Positions 1 to 9,381 of a DNA stretch of 64,000 bases are shown here, piece by piece. Location: the NCBI GenBank assembly GCA_022627495.1, contig JAKEGJ010000021.1, positions 78,612 to 142,611 of the forward strand, read 5' to 3'. Under the pieces are notes generated by a model, which saw only the letters and a program-made list of their open reading frames with translations, searched no databases and was not told where the DNA came from. Numbering within the stretch: the first letter of the stretch is position 1; each line of letters starts with the position of its first letter. This DNA is from Candidatus Micrarchaeota archaeon. Its GTDB lineage: Archaea > Micrarchaeota > Micrarchaeia > Anstonellales > Bilamarchaeaceae. Made by a program: the position numbers and the translations under genes.

Positions 1-2
1 TG

Positions 3-671
3 ATGGTCTGGGTGCCGGGAGCCGGGGAGAAGCCGATGAGCATCGGGAACTCGAATCCGCTCACGATTTCCGTTGCGAAGGTGGGGAAGGTTTCGGGCGA
101 GCTCCATGCGCTCAAGGCCGGCGGCATGGTCTCCTTCCGCGGACCGTTCGGAAAGCCGTTCAACATTCCTGAAAGGGCGAAGCGCATACTCGTAATCGGG
201 GGCGGCTATGGCGTCGTGCCGATGTATTTCCTCGCAAAAGTCGCCCGCGAGAACGGGATTGCGCCGCTTGCCGTGATAGGCGCCCGCACCGCGAAGGACA
301 TCGTCTGGGAGAAGCAGCTTTTCACTGTCTGCAAGGAGGTTTTCGTAACTACGGACGACGGCACGCGCGGCAAGAAAGGCAACGTGCTTGCAGAAGCGCA
401 ATGGCTGATTGAGGGAAAGAAGATAGATGCGGTCTATGCGTGCGGCCCCGAGCGCATGATGGAAGCCGTTGCACAATTATGCGTCGCGCACAAAATCCCC
501 TGCGAAGTGAGCGTCGAGAGGTACATGAAATGCGGCGTGGGCGTGTGCGGCTCGTGCGCGATTGACGGCAAGCTCTGCTGCGTGGACGGGCCGGTATTCA
601 GCGCCGAAGAAGCGCTTTCATTTGCGGAGTTTGGCAAATCCCGCCGGGATGCCAGCGGTAGGAAGTGCTAG
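3..671 (+). CDS. pyrK: Dihydroorotate dehydrogenase electron transfer subunit (5' truncated by window edge)
   Basis: RGPFGKPF, IGGGYGVVP, YACGPERMM and 2Fe-2S motif ERYMKCGVGVCGSC...CVDGPVF. Confidence 0.9.
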   Translation: MVWVPGAGEKPMSIGNSNPLTISVAKVGKVSGELHALKAGGMVSFRGPFGKPFNIPERAKRILVIGGGYGVVPMYFLAKVARENGIAPLAVIGARTAKDIVWEKQLFTVCKEVFVTTDDGTRGKKGNVLAEAQWLIEGKKIDAVYACGPERMMEAVAQLCVAHKIPCEVSVERYMKCGVGVCGSCAIDGKLCCVDGPVFSAEEALSFAEFGKSRRDASGRKC

Positions 672-1261
672 CCTGGCTTTGCCGTGAATATGTAGCCGTT
701 GCGGGTGTCCAGGACGAAGTGGTGCTCTTCCCTCTGCTCGAATCTTGACACTACGCCTGCAGAAATCAGTGCGTCAGCCTCCTTCTCAAGGAAAGAAGCA
801 AGCGCGTCGTTCCATACGCGGCCGCCGGTTCTGCCGTTGAACGAGTAGAGGACGAATGTTTTCCCGCCTATTAGGTTCGCGGCCTCGATAACGCGGTACA
901 GCATCCTCGCGACGTGCTCCAAATCCGGCGTCGCAGATGCAAGCTTGATATGCCCCACCGAACCGACGCAATTATATGGGTCGTAGGCTGCGATGCCGAC
1001 GCATGAAGTGAGCGAGATTGTGCCGACGCATGGCAGCGGATTGCTGGATTTTATGGCCGTGACTTCGTTGACGCCGACCAGGTGCGTCCTGCCCGCGTAC
1101 TCCTCGCGGAAGCGGTCGTTGAATATCATCTCTTCGAGTATGCGTGAGGATTCGGGGCATTTTGCGAACGCCGACACGGCCCTCGGCCCCTCCTCTGCCG
1201 TGGCGTGGGAGGCCATCCCTCTGGACCGGAGTGTCCTTGGCGGTTTGGTAGAAGGCGTCAT
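668..1261 (-). CDS. CheD-like putative glutamine deamidase with basic N-terminal extension
   Basis: GTISLTSCVGIAAYDPYNCVGSVGHI resembles the CheD catalytic Cys/His segment (LGSCVxIxxYDPxxxxGGxxH); TTTTTAAA box ~30 nt upstream on the minus strand. Confidence 0.55.
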   Translation of the reverse strand: MTPSTKPPRTLRSRGMASHATAEEGPRAVSAFAKCPESSRILEEMIFNDRFREEYAGRTHLVGVNEVTAIKSSNPLPCVGTISLTSCVGIAAYDPYNCVGSVGHIKLASATPDLEHVARMLYRVIEAANLIGGKTFVLYSFNGRTGGRVWNDALASFLEKEADALISAGVVSRFEQREEHHFVLDTRNGYIFTAKPG

Positions 1262-1326
1262 GATGTGTATATATTTGGGTAAAAGTGTTTAAAAAGGTTT
1301 TTGAACCAGATGATTCCGGCGGGAAC

Positions 1327-2247
1327 ATGGAACTTGTGCACAAAGACGGCTACCGGATGTATAAGGCTGGCGGAAGGGAATTCCCTGAGAATACGCACAT
1401 CATATGCTCGGATGCGGGAAGCGGGATACTTTTCCGGCCGCACATAGCAGGGAAGGAGCTCCAGGACCGTATGGAGAAGGTCGCCGAGATATTCATGGAT
1501 GCGGTGGGCGGGCTTGCCCTTAGGGGGAAGAAGCAGGGGAACATAACCGAATTGGTGTTCCTTGCCGGCGGGCTCTACTACCAGCTCAACCACGGGTTCA
1601 AGAAGAACTTCAACGCCGCGATTCCGCAGTGCTTTTTGGGAATCAAGCGCCAGAGGATTGAGGGGAGCGAAGGCGGGTTCACTGCGATAGCCACGTATGA
1701 GAATTTCGAGTCGCTGCCCGACAACGCGACCGTGATAATCGGCGATACCATCGCCACGGGCGCCACGCTCCAGAAGGGCATCTACCATCTTCTCGATGCG
1801 CTCGATACAAAGGGATACAAGCTGGAAAACCTGGTCGTGTGCTCGCTTGCGTGCTCGGTGAACGGCGCGCGGCTGATGAAGGAAGTTGAGAAGAGGGTGA
1901 AGAGGGATTTCCCCGGCGCGAACGTTTACCTGGTCGTGGCCGAGCAGCTGTTCCACCTGATGCCGGACGGCACGGATTTGCGCTTCCTCTATGACGATGC
2001 GGTTATGCCGGACGAGGCGAAAAAGCGCGTGATGGACGAGTACGGCGCCTTTTTGGGGAAAGAGATGAAGTGCGCGGTCTTCGACTGGGGCACGCGCTGC
2101 AAGAACCCCATCAAGCATTATCATGAGTTTTTGGAATGGACAAAGGAAATGAAACATTCCAAGGCGGATGCCAAAGCCAGGGGCGTGCTCGAGCGGATGG
2201 AAAAGGAGACGAAAGAGGCGCTCGCCCAATTCGAGAAGCCGCTGTAA
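1327..2247 (+). CDS. Type I phosphoribosyltransferase, divergent uracil-PRTase-like
   Basis: PRPP-loop VIIGDTIATGATL; ELVFLAGGL resembles UPRT LVPILRAGL; lies between pyrK and a uridine phosphorylase-like gene. Confidence 0.6.
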   Translation: MELVHKDGYRMYKAGGREFPENTHIICSDAGSGILFRPHIAGKELQDRMEKVAEIFMDAVGGLALRGKKQGNITELVFLAGGLYYQLNHGFKKNFNAAIPQCFLGIKRQRIEGSEGGFTAIATYENFESLPDNATVIIGDTIATGATLQKGIYHLLDALDTKGYKLENLVVCSLACSVNGARLMKEVEKRVKRDFPGANVYLVVAEQLFHLMPDGTDLRFLYDDAVMPDEAKKRVMDEYGAFLGKEMKCAVFDWGTRCKNPIKHYHEFLEWTKEMKHSKADAKARGVLERMEKETKEALAQFEKPL

Positions 2248-2261
2248 TGGATATTGCCGGT

Positions 2262-3695
2262 TCATTGCTTCGCGTAAGCGATTTTCCATAGCGCCCGCAT
2301 CGCGGCCTCGAGCATCTTTCCCTGGCTCTCGTTGGCCTTCTCTTCTTCCCTGCTTCCGGGCATGGCGAACGAGCCGCCCGGCACCGTGCCGACAATGGTG
2401 GATATCAGGCCGTTGGATGCGGGGATGCCCGCCTTCGTAAGCTCGTCGGTCAGGTGCGCGAGGCCGAAGTGCTCCATTTCCGTTGAGAGCGCGCCGTAAA
2501 TCCTCCGCAGGTCCTTCACGCGCTCCTCGTCGCTTTCAAGATACAGCGATTCCTTGGTGAAATTGCCGCCTTCATGGCATTTGAGTCCGAGCTCCTGCGA
2601 GGAATCCGTGAGCGCCAGCACCACTTCCGGCGATGATGAGACAATCGGCCACTGGCCGTCTTCGGAAAAACGCCTGCCGCGCCAGGATTCCCGGAACCGC
2701 GCCATGTCCTCGCTGTTATGGCTGCTCCATGCGCCGAGGCGCTGGCGCACGGTCGCTCCGTCGGCGATGCTGTATGCAGCGTTCACGACATCGCCGATTT
2801 TTATGAAGGGTTCCTCAAGCTGGCCGCCTTTCCCGTCCGGGACGATGATGCCGCCGCATGTGCCTGCCCGTATCGCCACCAGCCCGCGGCCCGGGACCTC
2901 GGTTCCGCCGAGCATGTAGCCGTCCTCGCGCGAATTCACGAGAGCCTCCCAGGCGTTGATATCCTGTGCTGAGCAGCCCATCTGGGTTTCCAGTATAGTA
3001 AGGGGGAGCGGCTTGCCCCGATATTCAAAGACGCCGATTGCGAGGTTGACGCGGCCGGCATCAGCAGAGAGGAACTCCGCGAGGGCTACTATTCTCCTTG
3101 CTATGCTGGCATGAATGCCATTTTCAGATGTAATGCCCCATACGTGGCCAGAAGCAAGGGATAGAAGCGCAGCAGCAAGACCGTCAAGCGAGAGTTGCTC
3201 TGGCTTCCCGCTCGGTCCGGCGAGGAATTCCAACTCTGAAATCAGCTGGCTGGCTTCGTGGTACCAGCGGCGAACCGTCATTTGCTCCATACGAAGGAGC
3301 ATTGCGGCTGCGGGAAGCGAGTCTTGAGGGGCGATTGTTTTGAGACAGATGTGGCTGGATTGGTATGGTTCGGCATACAGCCCGGCATTTTGCGCCAGCA
3401 TCTTGATGTCCCGGAATTGCGCCAGCACATGGTTTATCCGTGACCTGAAAACCTGTTCCTCCTGCCAGCCAGCCTTCGTGGCCTCCTTGTGCAGCATGAT
3501 GCAGTCAGTCAGCGGGGCGGCTGCGGCAAGAACGCGCCTGCGGTCGCCTACGACAATCATGTAAGGCGGGAGCATGCCCTCGTTGTCTTTAAGGAACGGG
3601 ATTCTCTTCCAAAGGCCGCCTTCGCGGGCGAGGGAAATCGGGGTGTGCTGCCCCAGCACCATCGGGCGGTCCTTGCGGTATCCGGTAAGTGTCAT
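2262..3695 (-). CDS. Uridine/purine nucleoside phosphorylase family protein with ~135-aa internal insertion
   Basis: IVVGDRRRV, QMGCSA, IRAGTCGGI, STEMEHFGL match PNP/UDP phosphorylase motifs. Confidence 0.75.
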   Translation of the reverse strand: MTLTGYRKDRPMVLGQHTPISLAREGGLWKRIPFLKDNEGMLPPYMIVVGDRRRVLAAAAPLTDCIMLHKEATKAGWQEEQVFRSRINHVLAQFRDIKMLAQNAGLYAEPYQSSHICLKTIAPQDSLPAAAMLLRMEQMTVRRWYHEASQLISELEFLAGPSGKPEQLSLDGLAAALLSLASGHVWGITSENGIHASIARRIVALAEFLSADAGRVNLAIGVFEYRGKPLPLTILETQMGCSAQDINAWEALVNSREDGYMLGGTEVPGRGLVAIRAGTCGGIIVPDGKGGQLEEPFIKIGDVVNAAYSIADGATVRQRLGAWSSHNSEDMARFRESWRGRRFSEDGQWPIVSSSPEVVLALTDSSQELGLKCHEGGNFTKESLYLESDEERVKDLRRIYGALSTEMEHFGLAHLTDELTKAGIPASNGLISTIVGTVPGGSFAMPGSREEEKANESQGKMLEAAMRALWKIAYAKQ

Positions 3696-3744
3696 AGCCT
3701 TCTGCCTCCCAATCCATTCTGTGTTTAACCTTAAAATCTTATGT

Positions 3745-3780
3745 GCTACCAAAAAATGAGTAGCTACCAATAAATAGGTG
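3745..3780 (+). promoter_or_regulatory. Candidate operator upstream of the rib operon (imperfect palindrome GCTACCAAAAAATGAGTAGC plus repeated GCTACCAA)
   Basis: Palindrome 3745-3764; GCTACCAA at 3745 and 3763; HTH-RibK (RbkR-type regulator) encoded in the window. Confidence 0.4.
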
Positions 3781-3805
3781 AAGCGGGCACATATTGGATG
3801 GTTCT

Positions 3806-4456
3806 ATGACTGATTTGGATAACGCAATAGCCGCGCTCAGGGCAGGCGGCATGATAGTGCTGTTTGACGGCGACGAGCGCGAGGGGGAGGCGGACCTGGT
3901 CGTGCATGCCCGGTTCGCGACGCCCGAAACAATCCGTACGCTCCGCCAGGATGCCGGGGGGCTCATATGCCTTGCCCTGGACGGGAAGATTGCGGATGAT
4001 TGGGGGCTTCCGTTCTATTCGGAAATGCTTGTCGCATCGAAGCTGCCTGTGGCTGCGATGGAATGCAAAAAAACCGCGTACGGAGACAAGCCCGCGTTCT
4101 CGATACAGGTGAACCACAGGGACGTCTTCACGGGCATCACCGACAACGACCGCTCCCTCACGATAAGGGGCGTGGAGCGGCTTGCCGGGATGGGACTCGG
4201 ACGGGAGGATGCGAGGGCGGCGTTCCATTCCGAATTCTACGCCCCGGGCCACGTGTTCCTGCTGATTGGCAGGGGCATAAAAAACCGCCGCGGCCACACC
4301 GAGCTTTCGCTCGAACTTGCAAGGAGGGCGGGATTGGACGGGGCGATGGTGCTCTGCGAGATGCTCGGGGAAGGAAAGGCCCTGCCGAAAGCTGAGGCGA
4401 AGGCGTATGCCAAAGAGCGGGGACTTATGTTCATCGAAGGGAGGGAATTGATATGA
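3806..4456 (+). CDS. ribB: 3,4-dihydroxy-2-butanone 4-phosphate synthase
   Basis: DGDEREGEADL, GGLICLA, TGITDNDRSLT, RRGHTELS, LCEM. Confidence 0.95.
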   Translation: MTDLDNAIAALRAGGMIVLFDGDEREGEADLVVHARFATPETIRTLRQDAGGLICLALDGKIADDWGLPFYSEMLVASKLPVAAMECKKTAYGDKPAFSIQVNHRDVFTGITDNDRSLTIRGVERLAGMGLGREDARAAFHSEFYAPGHVFLLIGRGIKNRRGHTELSLELARRAGLDGAMVLCEMLGEGKALPKAEAKAYAKERGLMFIEGRELI

Positions 4457-5376
4457 GAATCGGCATCGTTGACACCACATTCTCGCGCGTGGACATGGGC
4501 GCTATCGCGATTGACGAAATCAGGAAGCACACGCCTAATGCTGAAATTGAGCGCAGGACTGTCCCCGGCATAAAGGATTTGCCAGTCGAATGCAAGAGGC
4601 TGCTGGAGGCAGGCGGAGCGGTACGCACCGCAAGCGGCGAGATGTCCGGGCCCGGGTGCGACATAGTGATGGCGCTCGGCATGGTCGGAGGGGCGCCAAT
4701 CGACACGCAGTGCGGCCATGAGGCGTCATTGGGCATGCAGAAGGCCATGCTCATGACCGGCAAGCACATCATAGAGGTGTTCGTGCACGAGAACGAGGCC
4801 TGGAGCGAGGCGGAGTTTAAGAGCATCTGCGAGATGCGAATCAGGAAGCACGCGCAGAACGCAATCACCCTGATAACCCGGCCGGATGCGCTTGTGAAGT
4901 TCGCAGGCAAGGGACTGCGGCAGGGCCGGGAGGACGAGGGACCGGCGGAAGGCGGGAGGAGGCTGAAGCTTGGCATCGTGGTCGGCAGGTTCAACGATGA
5001 GATAACCGGGAGGATGAAGGCCAAGGCCCTGGAAGCGGCTGCCGGAGCAGGAGCCGAGACTGTCGTTTTGGAGGTGCCGGGCGTATACGATATGCCGCTT
5101 GTCGTGAAGAAGCTCCTGATGGACAAGCGCATCGACGCGGTCGTCACGCTCGGGGCGGTCGTGAAAGGCGACACCGCGCATGACGAAATCATCACGAAGG
5201 ATGCGGCAAGGAGGCTCGGCGACCTTTCGCTTGAATTCCGGAAGCCCGTGACGCTCGGCATTATTGGCCACAATGTTTCATGGGAAAAAGCGGGGGAGAG
5301 GGCGGATGGTTATGCCGAACGCGCCACGAAGGCGGCAATCGGCCTCGTGAATCTTCTGCGCCAGGAGGGATATTGA
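4453..5376 (+). CDS. ribC-ribH: Fused archaeal riboflavin synthase (RibC) / lumazine synthase (RibH)
   Basis: N-half GIVDTTFSRVDMG, RTVPGIKDLP, HIIEVFVHE, GKGLRQG (archaeal RibC); C-half GIVVGRFN, VPGVYDMP, LGAVVKGDTAHD (RibH); one continuous ORF. Confidence 0.92.
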   Translation: MRIGIVDTTFSRVDMGAIAIDEIRKHTPNAEIERRTVPGIKDLPVECKRLLEAGGAVRTASGEMSGPGCDIVMALGMVGGAPIDTQCGHEASLGMQKAMLMTGKHIIEVFVHENEAWSEAEFKSICEMRIRKHAQNAITLITRPDALVKFAGKGLRQGREDEGPAEGGRRLKLGIVVGRFNDEITGRMKAKALEAAAGAGAETVVLEVPGVYDMPLVVKKLLMDKRIDAVVTLGAVVKGDTAHDEIITKDAARRLGDLSLEFRKPVTLGIIGHNVSWEKAGERADGYAERATKAAIGLVNLLRQEGY

Positions 5377-5377
5377 C

Positions 5378-5959
5378 ATGCCGGTCGAGCACGTTGCGGA
5401 TGCGTTCTTCCCGAGCAGGTACGGGAAATTCAGGATTCACGCGTTCCGGGGAAAGGATGGCGGGGAGCATATCGCGCTGGTCCGGTGCGAGCACGCGCCG
5501 CACGGCCCGGTCCCGGTGCGCATCCATTCCCGCTGCCTCACCGGAGACGCCCTGACTTCCGAAAGGTGCGACTGCCGGAAGCAGCTTGAGGCGTCGATGA
5601 AATACCTGGAAAAAAGGAAATGCGGCATCCTGGTTTACCTTGACCAGGAAGGGCGCGGAATCGGGCTCGCAAACAAGATTAAGGCCTACAGCCTGCAGGA
5701 CGGGGGCATGGATACGGTGGAGGCGAACGTCAGCCTCGGTTTCGGCGAGGACATGCGGGATTTCTCGATAGCCGCCGACATCCTGGGATACTTCGGCGTC
5801 AAGGACATAGCCCTGCTCACCAACAACCCGAACAAGATAGCGGTGCTTGAGAAGGCCGGCATAAAGGTCTCGAAGCGCATTCCGCTAATCATCACGCCGA
5901 ACAGGTTCAACAAAAAATACCTCGACACCAAGAAGGAAAAGATGCGGCACTTGCTCTAG
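5378..5959 (+). CDS. ribA: GTP cyclohydrolase II (bacterial type)
   Basis: VRIHSRCLTGD, RCDCRKQL, QEGRGIGLANKIKAY, LLTNNPNK. Confidence 0.95.
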   Translation: MPVEHVADAFFPSRYGKFRIHAFRGKDGGEHIALVRCEHAPHGPVPVRIHSRCLTGDALTSERCDCRKQLEASMKYLEKRKCGILVYLDQEGRGIGLANKIKAYSLQDGGMDTVEANVSLGFGEDMRDFSIAADILGYFGVKDIALLTNNPNKIAVLEKAGIKVSKRIPLIITPNRFNKKYLDTKKEKMRHLL

Positions 5960-6022
5960 GCGCGTGGACGAATTTTCGATAAGAAAAAAGGAAGGCGCCT
6001 TTAGGGCGCGATTGGAAAAAAA

Positions 6023-8236
6023 TCAGAGGCCAAAGTCGCTTTTCTTTGGCAGGGGAGGCATCTTGGGGTAGCGCACTTTGGAGACGCGGGCCTTCCTCTC
6101 CTTGGCCTGCATCTTGCCGATGAGCAATTTCTTTTTTGCGCTGACTGTGTCGGGCCTGTGGAGGCACCTCTCATACCCGGTTATCTTGTTGCCTCCGAAA
6201 ACGTCCCAGACCTGATCGCAGAGCGTCAGCCCGGAAAGCGATGTGTTGTTCTTCAAAGCAGTGAGGGTGTTGCCCCAGCCAAGGATCTGGACACAGCCGA
6301 AACTGGTAATACAGCCATCTTCACTGACACTCCATCCGGGATAGTTCCCCCAGAAGTTTTCATTCACCAGCCGGTTTCCAGCGCCAAAGAAAATGGCAAA
6401 TCCAGTACCCGGATCGCAAGGATTCCACCAGGGATGGGCAGCCGGCAATATTGAGCCATAATCATTGTTCTTGAATTCGTTGCCATACCCCAGGGGCTCG
6501 GTTTCGGATTCGCTTTGGTTCGCTATCACGGCCTGTATCAGCGTGGCTGTCAAGCCCTTCAGGCTGTTTCCGGCCACAAGGTTCGCATTGCCATCGCACC
6601 ATATGCCGAACGGCCCCCGGCTTCCGGCCTCGATTACATTGCCGCTGAGTGTGTTGTTATGCGGCGCGCCGTAAGCTGGAACGTTCGACAGCTTGATGAA
6701 TGACGGGGCAGACCCCCACAAGTCAGAGTCCGCCAGCATTGCGCTGATGCGGTTGTTGGCAACCACGTTGTTCGCGCAGTTGTTATCGAACACCAGCGGG
6801 TAATGCATCGGTATGCCCGGGTTTCCGACAATCGTATTGCCGCTAACGGTCAGGTTGTCCACGCAAAGCGGAATCGGGACCTGGCTCGGTTCGAGATATT
6901 CGCCGAAATGCATCCCCTTGTAGAACGGTGCGCTGTATACCACCGGATTGCCGTTTGCGTCAAACCAAATTTCGGGATTATCCCAGGGGAACGGATTGTC
7001 CGGGGTGGGATTGGTGGCGCTCAGATTTACCGAATTATTCGAAACAGTGCTTCCGGCCTGTATCAGCCCGGACGCATTGGACGTTTGGATTCCGTTCTGA
7101 AACGCTACTAGGAAAACCGGATCGTTGGTGCTCTGATTCCCATCATCCAGGAAATTAACGATTTCCTCTGCGCGGCATGTGACATGGTTGTTGTCGATAT
7201 GGAGGATTTCCTTTGGCATCTTGTCAATGCCATCCACTTCGATGCCGTTTGCGGGCCCGTTCACTGTATTGTTCGATATAGTTGTTGAAAGCAATAGGCC
7301 CTGCTTCCTCCCACCCCTTAGCACAATCCCGAATGCCGCCGTGTTTTTAAGGCTCTCGATCGTGTTGCCGGTTACGGTGATATTTCCCACATCGGAGACA
7401 GACATATAGTCTTGCGATATTCCAAAAAAGGTTATGCCCCCCCAGCTCGGTTTATCATCTGCAAAGCCAGTATCGTATGTACCGAAATTGCCATGGCCCT
7501 TGTGAATAAATCTGCTGTCAGTGATTGTAAGGTCGCCATTATGCTCGATATCAAGCATATTGAACGTGCTTTCATTGGCTTTGAGAATGCAATTATTTAT
7601 TGTGAATCCATTCGAGCCAAAACAGTTCAGGGCATCCCAGCCGTTGTGCTCGATTTCCAGGTTCCTGAACGTCACCGCTCCGTGGCCGGTCCATGAAGGG
7701 AGGTACATCATGACCGCAGAGGGATAAATGCCGTTGGCCATGTCCGCATTGCCTGAGGAAATGATTTTAGGAAGCGCGCCTGTTTGGGCATTCGGAATGC
7801 CGACTAGCTCCTTTGCGGCAGGGAACCCCCATTCCTCCAGCCATGGGGGCAGGTTCGGGTTCTCTTCGCTCGGGAAAACCGGCACGAGAAGAATCTGGAA
7901 GCCGCCGAGGTCGTAAACGCCGGGATTGAAATACACCTTCCCGTAGTGATAAAGCGCGTATTGGATGTTAAACCAATTGTCGAATGGGGTTCCTGCCGGC
8001 GACACGGTGGTTTCGGCACCCAAAGTCTGCGCCTTCGCCATCCCCCCCAGCCCCAGCCCAGCGGCGGCAATGGCGCCTCCGGCTATCCCCGCGGTCCTTA
8101 GGAACTGGCCTCTGGACATCCCGGACTGGGCGGCCCTCGCACTTACGCCGCCAGCATGCGTCCGGTTCTGCGCGCGTACGCCCCTGACAGCCCCGAAGTC
8201 CCATTTATTCCCGATTTTCCTGTTTGGCACGGTCAT
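6023..8236 (-). CDS. Secreted right-handed parallel beta-helix repeat protein with degenerate Tat-like leader
   Basis: SRGQFLRTAGIAGG-hydrophobic-AKA leader; repeated xTxSxNxx units (NITVTGNTI, TISNNTV, NLTVSGNTI, NTLSGNVI); basic C-terminal tail. Confidence 0.7.
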   Translation of the reverse strand: MTVPNRKIGNKWDFGAVRGVRAQNRTHAGGVSARAAQSGMSRGQFLRTAGIAGGAIAAAGLGLGGMAKAQTLGAETTVSPAGTPFDNWFNIQYALYHYGKVYFNPGVYDLGGFQILLVPVFPSEENPNLPPWLEEWGFPAAKELVGIPNAQTGALPKIISSGNADMANGIYPSAVMMYLPSWTGHGAVTFRNLEIEHNGWDALNCFGSNGFTINNCILKANESTFNMLDIEHNGDLTITDSRFIHKGHGNFGTYDTGFADDKPSWGGITFFGISQDYMSVSDVGNITVTGNTIESLKNTAAFGIVLRGGRKQGLLLSTTISNNTVNGPANGIEVDGIDKMPKEILHIDNNHVTCRAEEIVNFLDDGNQSTNDPVFLVAFQNGIQTSNASGLIQAGSTVSNNSVNLSATNPTPDNPFPWDNPEIWFDANGNPVVYSAPFYKGMHFGEYLEPSQVPIPLCVDNLTVSGNTIVGNPGIPMHYPLVFDNNCANNVVANNRISAMLADSDLWGSAPSFIKLSNVPAYGAPHNNTLSGNVIEAGSRGPFGIWCDGNANLVAGNSLKGLTATLIQAVIANQSESETEPLGYGNEFKNNDYGSILPAAHPWWNPCDPGTGFAIFFGAGNRLVNENFWGNYPGWSVSEDGCITSFGCVQILGWGNTLTALKNNTSLSGLTLCDQVWDVFGGNKITGYERCLHRPDTVSAKKKLLIGKMQAKERKARVSKVRYPKMPPLPKKSDFGL

Positions 8237-8292
8237 TAAAACACACCTGGACAAAGGCGCAAAGGGCGCCTGAGAAAATGACTGCTCAGGGA

Positions 8293-8308
8293 ATATATAT
8301 ATATATAT
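8293..8308. repeat. (AT)8 microsatellite in the promoter region of the beta-helix gene
   Basis: atatatatatatatat in a GC-rich context. Confidence 0.85.
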
Positions 8309-8356
8309 TTGGGGGCGCCGATTGCCTGAAAAGAGGTTTGAAAAACCGCGCGGCGG

Positions 8357-9331
8357 TCACTTCGGCAGGGCGAGGAACGATTCCGGCACGCTATCCGAAT
8401 AGTATGTGATGTCCGTCCGCTGGTTCACATGCATGTAGCCCCCCGGCGCGTAATCGAAGCGGTAGGATTTCGTCAGGTCCAGGGTGAGGTTCCGGTAGAC
8501 CAGAACCCCGGTGCCATCATCAAGGCATTCCTCTATCGGTTGCGCAAGATGCGAGAGCGACCAGAGAAGGGCACGCTGGTCCGAATCCAGCAGGATGCTG
8601 GAATTCAGGAGGGATTGGGCGTATGCCTGGTTTCCGCTTATCAGGAAACGCTCGCACCGGAATCCGTTCATCTCAGTCCTGCCAGCCCGTTCGAACCGCA
8701 GCAGGCGGGACATGTTCACCGATGCAGGTAATTCCGTCCTTCCGAAATGGGCACAGCTTGAGCGCATCCGGGCAAGGCCGTCGAGGTATGCCTGCCAGCC
8801 CTCGTCCCCGAGGAGGCGCATGGTGCAATCTGGATTGCACTGGTAGATGCGCCCTTCCTTCCAAATCGTGGTGTGGCTGCCTGCGGAAGTGACAAGCACC
8901 TTTTTCATCCAGTCGCCGCGCACGTATGTCCGCGTGGTCTGGTTATGCGAGTATTCGCCAAGGAACATGCCGGCGGCGGTTTCTTCCGTGCCGGAAAGCC
9001 CCTCCATGCTGCCTGCCGAGACGTCTTCCGCCTCAATCAAAAAATCTCCCGAAAGCGTCCGGCAGGAGAGGTTTTTCAGGCTGTAATAGAGCTGGGCTTC
9101 AGGCGGCATCGCCTGGGCGGGAGTCTGGTTCTCGGCTGGGTGCGGGGGAGTAAGATTCTGGAAATTTAACAGCCCGGACAGTCCGGACGGAATGCTGGCA
9201 TTCAGCGAACGCAGATAATCGATGGCACCGGGCCCAAGGACCAGCAAAACCGGGATGAATGCGGCAATCATGATGAGCAGGATGATTGGGAGCGCCTCGA
9301 ACGCGCTTATGTTGTCCTTGTAGCGGCGCAT
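8357..9331 (-). CDS. Membrane-anchored extracellular hypothetical protein
   Basis: 324-aa ORF, N-terminal TM helix, several NxS/T sequons, multiple Cys. Confidence 0.7.
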   Translation of the reverse strand: MRRYKDNISAFEALPIILLIMIAAFIPVLLVLGPGAIDYLRSLNASIPSGLSGLLNFQNLTPPHPAENQTPAQAMPPEAQLYYSLKNLSCRTLSGDFLIEAEDVSAGSMEGLSGTEETAAGMFLGEYSHNQTTRTYVRGDWMKKVLVTSAGSHTTIWKEGRIYQCNPDCTMRLLGDEGWQAYLDGLARMRSSCAHFGRTELPASVNMSRLLRFERAGRTEMNGFRCERFLISGNQAYAQSLLNSSILLDSDQRALLWSLSHLAQPIEECLDDGTGVLVYRNLTLDLTKSYRFDYAPGGYMHVNQRTDITYYSDSVPESFLALPK

Positions 9332-9381
9332 ATGCCTGAATGCGAGCGGAAAGTTTAGAATGGTTGGTTTCGGAGAGTGAT

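Noticed and set aside
3063..3467. Intein in the nucleoside phosphorylase
   Set aside because: No Cys/Ser at the start, no His-Asn at the end, no LAGLIDADG motif.
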